Assembly (NCBI GenBank): GCA_965218785.1
Contig: OZ244650.1
Coordinates: forward strand, 1,856,001-1,920,000
Reading direction: 5' to 3'
DNA: 64,000 nt
DNA from: Nitrosopumilus sp.
GTDB taxonomy: Archaea; Thermoproteota; Nitrososphaeria; Nitrososphaerales; Nitrosopumilaceae
In this document: piece by piece, positions 46,810 through 57,605 of the stretch
How positions within the stretch are numbered: the stretch's first letter is position 1
How the letters are laid out: each line of letters starts with the position of its first letter
The notes under the pieces: generated by a model
Told to the model about the DNA's origin: nothing
Database searches by the model: none
The model's input: the letters and a program-made list of their open reading frames with translations, nothing else
Program-made: the position numbers and the translations under genes

Positions 46810-47712
46810 ATGGACAATTTAGATATGAAGATTTTAAGCAGACTGCTAAACAACTGCAGGGAATCAGACAGGCAGATAGGCATGGAACTAGGTGTCTCCG
46901 GCGGGGCAGTACGGGCCCGAATCAGAAAGATGGAGGAAAAAGGCGTAATTGAAGAGTTTTTTGTAAAGGTCGAACCGCCCGTACTAGGTTGCGGCATCTT
47001 GTACATTGTCGTATCAGGGCAGAATATCGATGAGATACTAGAACAGGTCAGTCTTGTAGGCAAGCCATACTTTGTGGTTCCATGTATAGGCGGGATCACA
47101 GTCTGCAGTATTGTCGTAAAAGAAAATCTGGAACAAAAGATCGAACTTGCAAGAAAATTAATGAGGGATGTCAGGGTCTTGTCTATTTTTGAAGCAAAGA
47201 ATCCTGAATTTAACTCAAATCTTACAAAAACTGATCTGGAAATTCTAGGAGAACTAGTCAGGGATCCCAGACAGAAGATCGAAAAAATTGCCAAGAGCAC
47301 CAGCATGTCGACAAAAACAGTAACAAGATGCATTGAAAAATTTCATGAAAATGACGGAATTCAGTTTACATTGATTTATGATCCCAGAAAGATCGAGGAT
47401 TTCATTCCTCATGTGATACTTGCCTTGATAGAGGGGGATCAAAAAGAAACATTGAAAAATCTCAATGACTTGTTTTCCGAATCGTATCTGCAGAATCCAT
47501 TTATTGCAGAGAATCAGATTGTTTTATTCATGTATAGCGACAGTATCTTCAAGATGGACGAGCTGACACAAAGAGTCAGAACTGTTAAAAATATAAAATC
47601 AGCCGACCTGTTCATACCAAAAAAACTCTCGTTTTATCTCAAATGGATAAAGAAGGCCATCACGGATTCCAAAAAATCACCCAGGTTACATCTGACATAT
47701 CAAACAAATTAA
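46810..47712 (+). CDS. Lrp/AsnC-family regulator with two HTH domains
   Basis: MDNLDMKILSRLLNNCRES...VSGGAVRARIRKM and a second HTH LTKTDLEILGELVRDPRQ. Confidence 0.9.
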   Translation: MDNLDMKILSRLLNNCRESDRQIGMELGVSGGAVRARIRKMEEKGVIEEFFVKVEPPVLGCGILYIVVSGQNIDEILEQVSLVGKPYFVVPCIGGITVCSIVVKENLEQKIELARKLMRDVRVLSIFEAKNPEFNSNLTKTDLEILGELVRDPRQKIEKIAKSTSMSTKTVTRCIEKFHENDGIQFTLIYDPRKIEDFIPHVILALIEGDQKETLKNLNDLFSESYLQNPFIAENQIVLFMYSDSIFKMDELTQRVRTVKNIKSADLFIPKKLSFYLKWIKKAITDSKKSPRLHLTYQTN

Positions 47713-47736
47713 ATAATAACAGTTTTCAGGATTTTT

Positions 47737-48252
47737 ATGAACAAAAAGAGGATCTATGAGGGGAAGATTTTGGGTCTTAGTGTGTATGACGGAAAGATAG
47801 AGGGAAGAAAAGTAAGGCGTGAAATGATAGAACACAGGGGTGCAGCGGCAATGCTTGCATTTGATGAGAAAGACAGGGTGATTCTTGTCAGACAGCACAG
47901 GTTTCCCCACGGATACGTATTGGAGATACCTGCCGGGACGTTGGAGAAAAAGGAAGAGCCGATAAAATGCGCATTTAGGGAATTGGAGGAGGAGACAGGA
48001 TACAGGGCATCAAAGATGACTCCGTTGATTACCTATTATCCGTCAATTGGTTACAACACCGAGGTAATTCACTGCTTTGTAGCCTCGGGATTAAAAAAGA
48101 CTGCCGATTTGAAACTAGATGCTGATGAGATATTATCAGTAGTAAAAATGGATATGAAGAGGCTGCTACAGATGATCAGAACCGGAAAGATTCAGGATTC
48201 AAAGACGATTTGTGCGGTTTTAACATATGCCAGTAAAAAGAAATTATACTAA
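47737..48252 (+). CDS. NUDIX hydrolase (ADP-ribose pyrophosphatase-like)
   Basis: Nudix box GTLEKKEEPIKCAFRELEEETG; LVRQHR, IQDSKT. Confidence 0.92.
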   Translation: MNKKRIYEGKILGLSVYDGKIEGRKVRREMIEHRGAAAMLAFDEKDRVILVRQHRFPHGYVLEIPAGTLEKKEEPIKCAFRELEEETGYRASKMTPLITYYPSIGYNTEVIHCFVASGLKKTADLKLDADEILSVVKMDMKRLLQMIRTGKIQDSKTICAVLTYASKKKLY

Positions 48253-48256
48253 CTAA

Positions 48257-48427
48257 CTATGAAGAAAAAACGAAATTCAGATGGGGCTGAGATATAGGAT
48301 CAGATACCGTAACCCAGAATGCATAGTCGCCTGGTGCATAGCAGTTGGGATTTATACACAATGCGGATACATCAAGAAAAGTTACACCAAAGCCTGCAAT
48401 TAATAAAATCAAAAGTAGGAATTTCAT
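48257..48427 (-). pseudogene. Short signal-peptide ORF, probably a truncated exported-protein gene
   Basis: MKFLLLILLIAGFGVTFLDVSALCINPNCYAPGDY..., only 56 aa. Confidence 0.4.
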
Positions 48428-48658
48428 TGCCTGTCCAAAATTTCCAAAAAGATTTCTTTATAGGTTTCCAATGGTAATCCCTTACCGCCCACACCCAACT
48501 TATACTCTGATGTGTAAAGAGAAAAATCTTTTATGTTTGGATTTGTGAATAACAGGAATCATAAACGCTACAGTCTGTTGCAAACGCATCCGGATAACTG
48601 GCAGACAGTACAAAAAGTGCAGAGACTGCAAAAAATAATAACAAAAGATGTTTTCTCA

Positions 48659-49735
48659 TCAGTTCATCATACTCTCAAACACCGGGATTAGTTCATCCAA
48701 GGTATGGTAAGCTGAATTTACACGCACAATTGTGTATTCATCAGGATGAAAACTAACTCCCGATTGATAATAATTCAGATCGTTTCCCCCAGCATAAGCA
48801 TAAACCGTCTTGCCATCCCGGATCATCTCCCTAAAACCGCCATAATTTCCACTTTGGGATTCTCTGCTTTCTCTAAATTCCTCTTTTATGTCTTCTATTT
48901 CATCGTGTTGGACATTGCTAATTTCTACAATAGCAGCATAACCATCGGATCTATTAAACAGAGTGTGATAAGTAGCATCAGGTTGCAACACATAATCAGT
49001 TGGAACAAAATGATACCCCACATAGTGCACGTTTTCACCTGATTTGTATTCTTCATACCCCGTATGGGCATACAGCAACCTATACCCATCAAGAATATGC
49101 GCTGGCATCCAGTCCTCAATGTATAATCCGACACCAGGATTCTTTGAATATTTTGTATGGGGCACGGATGTAAACGTGGTTGATCTGCTGGTCTCACCGC
49201 TTACATCACTACCTGGGAAATGCAAAATCATATGACATTACTCTGTCATAGATTGGGGGGCTTGGAGGTCTTCTCTGATGTGCTGGTGGATACTCCCTGC
49301 CGTCATCTACAAACTCTACAGGGATGCAATGTTTAGTGTGACAGTTGTTATCTCTGAAACAACATCATCATCCGTATGGGCCTGTACCACATTAACTGAC
49401 TCTCCGCCTATTTTCACGCTGTCTTGTACTGATACGGTATCCTGAAGATCCGAGTGCTCAGAGACTGATGCTGCCAAGGGCTCGGTGCTCTCAGCAACTA
49501 ATATCCTCCACCCCTTCTTTTCGGCAGTCTTTTCTGATACACATGCAGGAGATCCGTTATCCCGAATCACCAGGACTCTATTCACTTTACACGTCACATC
49601 CTCTGGTAACACACCTGATTCCAGCTGTTTTTTTGGAGATATGTAATCAGAATAAGATGGCATGGTAATGCCTGAGAATAAAACCAGTGAAAATATCACA
49701 CTTGTAAGAATGATGCCTGTTTTTCCCATTATCAT
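48659..49735 (-). pseudogene. Frameshifted exported protein gene (SPKKQ...C...PACV N-terminal motif)
   Basis: The 5' ORF (signal plus YISPKKQLESGV..TCK...SPACVSEKTAEKKGW) stops at 49316. A protein-like bridge IPVEFVDDGREYPPAHQRRPPSPPIYDRVM is in another frame, and the 3' ORF 48659-49231 lacks its own signal. Confidence 0.7.
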
Positions 49736-50142
49736 CAAATTTATCTCATACATTAAAAGAATTAGGATCAAAAGATAACTCTGATTATATGGATGAATAA
49801 ACAGCCGCCAAAATCACGGTGTTTGTATATCCCGCATTGCCATTGTTTGCAGCCAGTCATAAAACGCTGCCTTGAATTCTCACATATATTGGAATGAGAC
49901 TTTGGATCCCCCGATATATCTTCAGATATCTCATCTGGAAACATGGATACATTTGACGTAATGTTTTGATTCCAACATTTTATGTTATCAAGGAGTTTCT
50001 GATATGGTACACCATCCCGATACTGTCTAGATCTATCCAACATTCATATTTTATTGCCTGAATCAAATAAGCACCATAGGAGAATGAATCAATGTCTATA
50101 CATTCAGGATATTAATCTGGGATCAATTACACACAAACCCTA

Positions 50143-51123
50143 CTATTTATTGTAAATGGGTTTTACCAGATCTGCAACATCTGCCCAGGACTGTACTATC
50201 CTCTCAAACATGTAAATCAGATCAAGAAAGTCCATTGGAATCTGTTTTTTATTACCCAGTACCGTCCTTAGCTTGCTTAGTTTTTCTGCAAATTTTTTAT
50301 GCGATGATATTGCCTCAATTGCCAAAAGTCTGTCAGGCTTTGTAAAAGCATTGATGGATTTTTCTGCAAGTTTGCCAAAATCTTGGACCACATCAAAGAT
50401 TTTCTTAGAGTACTCCCGTGATAACGATGAATTGAATATGAAATTAGAGAGTTCAACAACTGAATCGCCGGCATTTTCAAGTATGTTTGCCGCCACCCTG
50501 TAATCGAGCACGTCAATATTTTCCAGATTAAACACGTTGGCCAGTCTCCGGTCAACGAGGGTGCTGCGGATCAAACGAACAAGTAAAAAGTACTGCCTGT
50601 TTACTTCGACATCACGGTTTGATATTGTCTTTAGGTTTGATTTGTCATCCAAAACCAGTCCGTTTGAGACATCATCATACATGCCAATTGCAAGTGAGCT
50701 CATTCGTTTGAGGATTTTTTCCGGATTTAACGTGGTTGCATCCAAAAGAAACTGCATGTTGATATGGGACGCATCCTCCTCGATGATTTCCATTCCGACA
50801 AGCCGTCTCATTGAATTACGGATTTTTTCCCTTTCGTCTCCGGGAATAGTTGATTTGGAATTAATCTCAATTACGTCATATCCCAGCAGGTAGGCTCCTG
50901 TTATGTCAGCTACGATGTTTTCTTCTCTTGGCAGCGGATATGAAATTACAAGCTCTTTTGTTGGACGTGTCTCCGCATTTGCAGATATTGAGATGCTGTC
51001 ATGACCCGTCTCTAGTTCCACCTGATTGCCCTTGTCTAGATTGTTTGCATCCACCCACTCTTTTGGCAGGGATACAAGGATGCTGCTTCCTATTCGTTGC
51101 AGGCGTCTAATGAATTTAGTCAA
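50143..51123 (-). CDS. phoU: AbrB-PhoU phosphate uptake regulator
   Basis: RRLQRIGSSILVSLPKEW (AbrB) plus PhoU helices RDVEVNRQYF, ENAGD. Confidence 0.9.
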   Translation of the reverse strand: MTKFIRRLQRIGSSILVSLPKEWVDANNLDKGNQVELETGHDSISISANAETRPTKELVISYPLPREENIVADITGAYLLGYDVIEINSKSTIPGDEREKIRNSMRRLVGMEIIEEDASHINMQFLLDATTLNPEKILKRMSSLAIGMYDDVSNGLVLDDKSNLKTISNRDVEVNRQYFLLVRLIRSTLVDRRLANVFNLENIDVLDYRVAANILENAGDSVVELSNFIFNSSLSREYSKKIFDVVQDFGKLAEKSINAFTKPDRLLAIEAISSHKKFAEKLSKLRTVLGNKKQIPMDFLDLIYMFERIVQSWADVADLVKPIYNK

Positions 51124-51182
51124 TTTATACTAATTTAATTAGTTTAAGCCATATTCTTATATTTTGTGTAAAATTTAAACTC

Positions 51183-52100
51183 ATGTTAATGGAGGCAAAA
51201 GCATTTTGTCCGGCTCATATTACGGGTTTTTTCAAGGCTCATTTAGATGATAGTCAAGACGCATTAGAGGATTTGGGATCAATGGGTGCCGGATTTTCAA
51301 TCAAGCAGGGTGTCACAACCAGGGTAAGAATCAACTCTGTGGATAACAAAGAATCAAACTTTAGAATTATTACAAAGGGGTATCAAACAGACAAGACGGA
51401 TGTTTCAGAATTTGTTTTAAATGAATTTTTAAAGCTGGGGGATTTTTCGACAAAGTTTTTTGATATTGAACATGACATATCAGTTCCAGTCGGATACGGC
51501 CTGGGTTCTAGCAGCGCTGTTGCCCTGTCACTATCATTTGCATTAGATGAGGCCCTGCAGACAAAATTAAACAGGACGAGAATCGGACAGATAGCACACA
51601 ACGCGGAGGTAAGCTGTAAAACGGGACTGGGTGATGTTCTGGCATCGTTTCACGGGGGTTTTGAGGTTCGTGTAAAACCCGGTGCTCCCGGTGTAGGCAG
51701 CGTCAAAAAAATCAGCACTGAAAAGATCTCCATAATCATGATATGTTTTTCCCCGATTTCCACAAACAGATTCATCAGGGAGCACCTCTCAAAGATTAAC
51801 GGTCTTGGCGGAAGAATGGTGGATGATTTATTGACATCAAAAGACTATAGGCATTTCCAGGACATGTCACTGGAGTTTGCAAAATATATTGATGTGATGA
51901 CTCCAAGAATGCAAAAGCTAGTAGATCAGTTGTATCACAACGGCATTAAATGCGGAATAGCGCTATTTGGGGAGACGGTTTTTTCAATGGTTCCAAAGAG
52001 AGACGAGCAAAAAGTTTTAGAGATTTTACGGGAACATCCTGATGGAATACTAATAAAATCAGAATTAGACGACGTTGGAGCAAGAGTTCTAAATAATTAG
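51183..52100 (+). CDS. Pantoate kinase (GHMP family)
   Basis: FCPAHITGFF, PVGYGLGSS, TGLGDV; in the CoA operon. Confidence 0.92.
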   Translation: MLMEAKAFCPAHITGFFKAHLDDSQDALEDLGSMGAGFSIKQGVTTRVRINSVDNKESNFRIITKGYQTDKTDVSEFVLNEFLKLGDFSTKFFDIEHDISVPVGYGLGSSSAVALSLSFALDEALQTKLNRTRIGQIAHNAEVSCKTGLGDVLASFHGGFEVRVKPGAPGVGSVKKISTEKISIIMICFSPISTNRFIREHLSKINGLGGRMVDDLLTSKDYRHFQDMSLEFAKYIDVMTPRMQKLVDQLYHNGIKCGIALFGETVFSMVPKRDEQKVLEILREHPDGILIKSELDDVGARVLNN

Positions 52101-52109
52101 CAGAGATAA

Positions 52110-52877
52110 ATGTCTTCAATTCCCAAATCACATCCAAGGGCCAAATCACTTTTGATTCGTGAGAGGTTGGTGAGTGGGTTTGATAATGGACTGGTTGCAA
52201 AAGAAGGGCTTTTGGCCCAGGGAAGGGGGGAGGCCTTTGATTACCTGCTAGGGGAGAAAACCAGAAGAACCGCAAGACGGGCACTCAAGGCGGCTGCCGC
52301 ACAGCTGCTTCTAGCAGAGATGCCGGTGATCTCAGTTAATGGCAATATTGCAGCGTTGTGCCCGGAACAAATTGTACGATTATCAAGGCAGATCAATGCA
52401 AAGTTGGAGGTGAATCTGTTTTATGCAGACAAAAAGAGAAGGCAGGCAATAGTCAGGACGCTCAAAAAAAACGGCGCAGACAAAGTCCTGGGGACAGAGC
52501 ATGCGGCATTAACGAGGCTGTCTGGAATAGATTCTGCAAGGAGGCTAGTCGACAGAAACGGGATATTTGCATCAGATGTGGTAGTTGTCCCCCTGGAGGA
52601 CGGGGACAGGACGCTGGCACTAAGAAGGGCAGGCAAGGTCGTCATCACGTTTGATCTAAATCCCCTCTCTAGGACTTCGCAGACGGCTGATATTACAATT
52701 GTGGATAATGTCACACGGGCAGTTGATCTGTTGATTGCAGAATCCGGCAGATTATCCAAAAAGAGTCAAAAGGCACTCCGAGAGATTGTTTCTGGCTTTG
52801 ATAACAAGAAAAATCTCAGCGAAGATGTGATTCAGATAAGAAACAATCTGACAAGGAGGGCAGCCGGCATTGCATAA
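52110..52877 (+). CDS. 4-phosphopantoate--beta-alanine ligase (phosphopantothenate synthetase)
   Basis: HPRAKSL..RE, GRGEAFDYLLGE, VPLEDGDR, DLNPLSRT. Confidence 0.94.
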   Translation: MSSIPKSHPRAKSLLIRERLVSGFDNGLVAKEGLLAQGRGEAFDYLLGEKTRRTARRALKAAAAQLLLAEMPVISVNGNIAALCPEQIVRLSRQINAKLEVNLFYADKKRRQAIVRTLKKNGADKVLGTEHAALTRLSGIDSARRLVDRNGIFASDVVVVPLEDGDRTLALRRAGKVVITFDLNPLSRTSQTADITIVDNVTRAVDLLIAESGRLSKKSQKALREIVSGFDNKKNLSEDVIQIRNNLTRRAAGIA

Positions 52878-53709
52878 ATCGGTTCAGGATATTACCAGTA
52901 TGAAAAGAGAAAAGAGAAAGATCACAGTCATTACAAGCTATGATTATACGATGGCTTCACTGTGTGAAAAGGCGGGAATTGACGTGTTGCTAGTCGGGGA
53001 TAGTGCGGGAATGGTAATGCTGGGTTATGAGAATACGATTCCGGTAACAATGGATCAGATGTGCATGTTTACAGAGGCAGTCAGCAAGGCAAGAAAGAAC
53101 GCTTTGCTGGTATCAGACCTGCCGTTTATGTCATACCAGGCAAGTATTGAGGAGGCAATCAAGAATTCAGGCAGATTGATCAGGGCAGGTGCGGATGCCG
53201 TAAAACTTGAAGGAGGTTCAGCCATGGCCGAGACAGTTAGTGCGATCGTGGATGTTGGGATTCCGGTGATGGGACACATCGGGCTGCAGCCACAAACAAC
53301 GATGCTTTCACAGGGATACAAAGTACAGGGAAGAACAAAAGATGCGGCCATGAAGCTAATCGAGGATGCAAAAGAGCTTGAAGAGGCAGGCGCATTTGGC
53401 ATTGTACTGGAGATGATAAGTCACGAGGTATCTGAGATAATTTCTGAGACTATTAGCATACCGACCATCGGAATCGGGTCCGGTGCCGGCTGTGACGGAC
53501 AGGTACTGGTGATACAGGACCTGCTGGGAATGTATGACAGGATAAAGCCGAAATTTGCAAAAAGATACATGAGTCTGTCCAAAGATATCGTAACATCACT
53601 TGAAAGTTACAAGAGGGACGTGGAATCAGGCGAGTTTCCTGCAGAAGAGAACTGGTTTTCAATGGATATGAAAGAACTAGAAAGATTACGTGGGAAGATT
53701 GGCAGCTGA
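52870..53709 (+). CDS. panB: Ketopantoate hydroxymethyltransferase
   Basis: LLVGDSAGMV, VKLEGG, GHIGLQPQ, IGIGSG. Confidence 0.96.
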   Translation: MHKSVQDITSMKREKRKITVITSYDYTMASLCEKAGIDVLLVGDSAGMVMLGYENTIPVTMDQMCMFTEAVSKARKNALLVSDLPFMSYQASIEEAIKNSGRLIRAGADAVKLEGGSAMAETVSAIVDVGIPVMGHIGLQPQTTMLSQGYKVQGRTKDAAMKLIEDAKELEEAGAFGIVLEMISHEVSEIISETISIPTIGIGSGAGCDGQVLVIQDLLGMYDRIKPKFAKRYMSLSKDIVTSLESYKRDVESGEFPAEENWFSMDMKELERLRGKIGS

Positions 53710-54961
53710 AAAAAAACCAAGTAAGAAGAGCCATCCGTCACTGGATATTGTCAGTTCGCACGGCACCGAATTATCAGGAAGGAGAATCGTGCTTTGTGTG
53801 GCCGGAAGTGTTGCAGCATACAAGGCAATCGAGCTTGCAAGACTGCTGATGCGGCACGGCGCAGATGTCACGTGTGTGGCAAGCAACGCCGTTACAAGAT
53901 TGATACAGCCTGATTACTTCAAGTGGGCCACGGGAAACAGCGTAGTTACAAGGCTTACAGGCAATCTTGAGCACATCAGACTGGCAGATTATGGCCAATC
54001 AGATCTGATAATCGTGTATCCCGGCACTGCAAACACGCTGGGAAAGTTGGCAAACGGCATTGATGATACGCCGATTTCCACGGTACTTACAGTGGGATTT
54101 GGATCAAAGATTCCAATCCTGATGTGTCTTGCCATGCATGAATCAATGTATGGGAATTCGGCGGTGCAGAGGAATATGAAGTTTCTAAAAAACAGGATTG
54201 AGTTTGTTTTGCCCAAAATGACTGAGGGAAAGGCAAAGGCGCCAGAACCAGAAGACGTGCTTGATTACACCCTGATGAGGTTTGGGGCATCACCGGTTCT
54301 AAAGAAGCAGAGGGTCCTGATAACTGCGGGACCGACAATGGAATACATTGATCCCCTCAGAGTGATTACAAACATCAGTTCAGGCAAAACCGGCGTTCTT
54401 CTGGCCTCGGAGCTGGTTTCAGCGGGAGCAAAAGTTACAATGGTGTACGGTCCTGCAGGCCTGAATCCGCCACGGGGGGCAAAGACGATCAGGGTGAGGA
54501 CCGGCAGTGAGATGTTTGATGCTGTAAAAAATCAGTTAAAAAAGAAATTTGATCTCATAATCATGGCAGCTGCCGTCTCTGATTATACCCCACAGAAAAA
54601 AGCAGGATCAAAGAAGATCAAAAGTGACCGGAGAACGCTGACAATTAAACTCAAAAAGGCGCCAAAGATAATAGACCACGTAAGAGAATCCCAGAAGGAT
54701 GCGTTACTAGTTGGATTCAAGGCAGAGACGAACATATCAAAAAAGTCGCTTGTCAAATCAGCCCAGAAAAAGATGAGGGAGAGCGGGGCAGACATGATAA
54801 TTGCAAATGATATCGGCGCGAAATATCAAAAAAATCCAGAGTATAACCAGGTGGTAATAGTAAGTTCAACAGGTATGGTTTCATCGGGGCGAAGAAAGAA
54901 GGAACATATTGCAAAATTCATCAAAAGGGAGATTGAGAGGAAGCTAAATGAAAAACTCTGA
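53690..54961 (+). CDS. coaBC: Phosphopantothenoylcysteine decarboxylase/synthetase
   Basis: GSVAAYKA, TANTLGKLANGIDD, TAGPT.E.ID, VGFKAET. Confidence 0.96.
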   Translation: MGRLAAEKKPSKKSHPSLDIVSSHGTELSGRRIVLCVAGSVAAYKAIELARLLMRHGADVTCVASNAVTRLIQPDYFKWATGNSVVTRLTGNLEHIRLADYGQSDLIIVYPGTANTLGKLANGIDDTPISTVLTVGFGSKIPILMCLAMHESMYGNSAVQRNMKFLKNRIEFVLPKMTEGKAKAPEPEDVLDYTLMRFGASPVLKKQRVLITAGPTMEYIDPLRVITNISSGKTGVLLASELVSAGAKVTMVYGPAGLNPPRGAKTIRVRTGSEMFDAVKNQLKKKFDLIIMAAAVSDYTPQKKAGSKKIKSDRRTLTIKLKKAPKIIDHVRESQKDALLVGFKAETNISKKSLVKSAQKKMRESGADMIIANDIGAKYQKNPEYNQVVIVSSTGMVSSGRRKKEHIAKFIKREIERKLNEKL

Positions 54962-55103
54962 GATTAAAATTGGCATCATCAGATATAAGATCAGAGAAGA
55001 GCGCAGAAAGAAACGTGCAGGCAGTCAAATACAATCAAGGGGATTGAACACTTCATGAAACGGGAAGAACATTAAAATCTGATTTGAATAATTTTAAAAA
55101 AGA

Positions 55104-55952
55104 TTGAACCAGATAAGATCGTCTGAATATAAAAAACGAAACATGGCAGTTTGGAACGAGGTCGCGCCAAGATATCACAAAAGGTGGGCCTCCTCCTCTA
55201 ACTGCGGCCCGTTTCAGAGTACGCAAAAGCTAGTAGAGTCAGTCAATGTCAGAAAAGGCGACAGGATTCTAGATATGGCGTGTGGTACGGGCGTTGTAAC
55301 CAAAAGACTGCTCAGGGGCATTGGCAGGTCAGGTTATGTGGTTGGTGCAGATACATCCATCACTGCAATAAAGATTGCAAAAAAGTCGAATTTAAAACCG
55401 CCAAACCTTGTTTTTGTAAATGCCGATGCAGAAAATTTTTCCTTTAAAGAAAAATTCGACATCATAACGTGTCAGTATGCGTTGTTTTTCTTTCCAAACG
55501 CCCTCAAGGCACTAAAAAACATGCGAAAAAGTCTCAGTGAATCAGGTACCATGGGCATATCCGTGCACGGTCACAAAAACAAGGTGCCGTTTTTTGCAAG
55601 TATCCTAGATGCAGTAACCCAGTTTATTCCAGATTACGTTGCCCCAGGTACCCCCTCCTTTGACAGGTATGGGACAAAAAATTTGCTGCGCAATGAAATT
55701 ACAAAGTCCGGATTCTCAAGAGTTACAGTCAGGGATTACACCTTCCAGTATAGTCCGGGAAGTTTTGAAGAGTACTGGAGGGATTATTTCAGATATGTTG
55801 CAAGACCGATCAGGGAGAAACTGGACCTGCTTGAAAGATCGCAGCGAAGGGAACTCCGGGGGATGGTAAAGGAGAATACAAGGCCGTTCACAAACAAGGA
55901 TGGAATAATACGGTTTCCTTGGCAAGTTTTAATTTCAACTGCAAAACACTAG
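55104..55952 (+). CDS. Class I SAM-dependent methyltransferase (UbiE-like)
   Basis: ILDMACGTG motif I, ADAE, FDII. Confidence 0.9.
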   Translation: MNQIRSSEYKKRNMAVWNEVAPRYHKRWASSSNCGPFQSTQKLVESVNVRKGDRILDMACGTGVVTKRLLRGIGRSGYVVGADTSITAIKIAKKSNLKPPNLVFVNADAENFSFKEKFDIITCQYALFFFPNALKALKNMRKSLSESGTMGISVHGHKNKVPFFASILDAVTQFIPDYVAPGTPSFDRYGTKNLLRNEITKSGFSRVTVRDYTFQYSPGSFEEYWRDYFRYVARPIREKLDLLERSQRRELRGMVKENTRPFTNKDGIIRFPWQVLISTAKH

Positions 55953-55967
55953 ATTCAGGGAAGAGAG

Positions 55968-56471
55968 ATGGGAAGAGACGCAAGAAAGAAAAAGAGGAAG
56001 AATGATGAAGATAAAGAAAGGCCGAAAGGATCAGATTTCAAGGCGTTTCTCAAAAAAAGAGCCCCGATCTATCTTGGCGTGATCGCCTTGTTTCTGGTCT
56101 TTGTAATTCCCGAATTGACAAAGGGGGATCTGCAAGGCAGTCTGCCGGAGCTTTCAGCAGGGGAGCAACAGGCAGCAGACATCATAATGGAGTATGACGG
56201 ACCAAACAAGACGGGATTGAGCGTAATGGATGCAATTACAGATGAAATTAGCGAGACGTATCCCAATGAGAAAATATTTGACAACAAAAAAACCAGCGTG
56301 TCCCTGACGGTTTCAGATATTGATGATGAGAACCGTCATGTTGTTTTTAATTTTCAATCACACAAGGGGGAGATACGTTATGACTGGAATGTCAATATTA
56401 ATTCGGGGGAGATCACGCCAAATGACCCAGAGTCAGAATACATTATTGATCTGGTAGACTATTACGACTAG
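55968..56471 (+). CDS. Conserved hypothetical single-TM protein
   Basis: Basic N-terminus, one TM, acidic extracytoplasmic domain. Confidence 0.75.
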   Translation: MGRDARKKKRKNDEDKERPKGSDFKAFLKKRAPIYLGVIALFLVFVIPELTKGDLQGSLPELSAGEQQAADIIMEYDGPNKTGLSVMDAITDEISETYPNEKIFDNKKTSVSLTVSDIDDENRHVVFNFQSHKGEIRYDWNVNINSGEITPNDPESEYIIDLVDYYD

Positions 56472-57535
56472 CAGACTGTAACCAGGTCTTTGGTGAATTT
56501 GTGCATTACAACGGGTCTTTCCCTTACAATAACAGAGTCCTCGATTCTGATTCCGAACTTGTTTTCAATGTAGATCCCAGGCTCCACGGTAATTGCCATG
56601 TCTTTTTTTAATTTTGTACCGCTTTGATATGAGACGGCCGGGGGCTCGTGCACCTCCAGACCGATTCCGTGTCCGGTGGAATGGATAAAATACCGGCCAA
56701 AGTTTTTTTCCTTGATGTAATCCCGGCATGCAGAATCCACATCCCTGCAGTACGTGTTTGGTCTGACTGCCTTGAGGCCCAGCTTTTGTGATTCCCTGAC
56801 AACTTCATATGCCTTGCTTGCCTGGGACGGGATTTTTCCAACTGCAAAAGTTCTTGTCGCATCAGAGACATACCCCCTGTATCTTAATGTGAGATCAGCG
56901 ACAATCAGATCACCTTTCTTGAACTTTCTTTGGCCCACCTGGGCATGAGGTAAGGCGCCGTTTGGACCTCCGGCAATAATGAGGGGGTTGAGCGTGGATT
57001 TGTATCCGGTATCAAACATCTGCTGTTCCATCGCATATGCCATCAGAATGCTCTGCAATTCCGACTCTTTCTGGCCTTCTCTGATCCTCTCAGAGCAGAT
57101 CTCGAACATTTCATCAATAATTTTTGAGGCGGTTTTGAGGATCTGAATCTCTTTTTCATCCTTGATTATCCGAGAATTGTAAAACGGTTCAGTTGAGGCC
57201 TTTATTTTTGGAACGGATTTCTTCAGCGACATCATGGTGTGGTAGTTCTGAGAGTCGGTGCAGACCTGTTTTTTCTTGATCCGCCCGGGAAGCTGGGAGG
57301 CCAGGCCGGTTCGGCGCTGCGCTGTAATCACGGTACAGTCTTTGGATTCTGCCTTTGCCCTGCCCACCTCGAGTTCCGGGGCAATGATGGTGGTTTCCCC
57401 GCTGCCTTCAAGCAGTCCTACTGCCTCGCCCCAGAATCCAGTCATGTAAAACAAATTTTCAGGCTCAAATGCGACTAGCGTATCACAGCCAATCTTCTGG
57501 GCATGTTTTAGAAGATTCTTTCTTCGAGGCCTCAC
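56468..57535 (-). CDS. Xaa-Pro aminopeptidase (M24B)
   Basis: ALPH, YVSDATRT, HSTGHGIGLEVHE, TVEPGIY, GIRIED. Confidence 0.94.
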   Translation of the reverse strand: MRPRRKNLLKHAQKIGCDTLVAFEPENLFYMTGFWGEAVGLLEGSGETTIIAPELEVGRAKAESKDCTVITAQRRTGLASQLPGRIKKKQVCTDSQNYHTMMSLKKSVPKIKASTEPFYNSRIIKDEKEIQILKTASKIIDEMFEICSERIREGQKESELQSILMAYAMEQQMFDTGYKSTLNPLIIAGGPNGALPHAQVGQRKFKKGDLIVADLTLRYRGYVSDATRTFAVGKIPSQASKAYEVVRESQKLGLKAVRPNTYCRDVDSACRDYIKEKNFGRYFIHSTGHGIGLEVHEPPAVSYQSGTKLKKDMAITVEPGIYIENKFGIRIEDSVIVRERPVVMHKFTKDLVTVC

Positions 57536-57605
57536 ACAAAGACACGCCAGCCTTGCAATTTATGTATGGTGCAAAGTTTGTATATGGAAATTCATGTAGA
57601 TCGTC

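Noticed and set aside
49768-50043. 91-aa ORF
   Set aside because: No motif and atypical composition; treated as part of the decayed patch.
54948-55058. 36-aa basic ORF overlapping the coaBC stop (MKNSEIKIGIIRYKIREERRKKRAGSQIQSRGLNTS)
   Set aside because: No supporting motif; it could arise by chance in purine-rich sequence.
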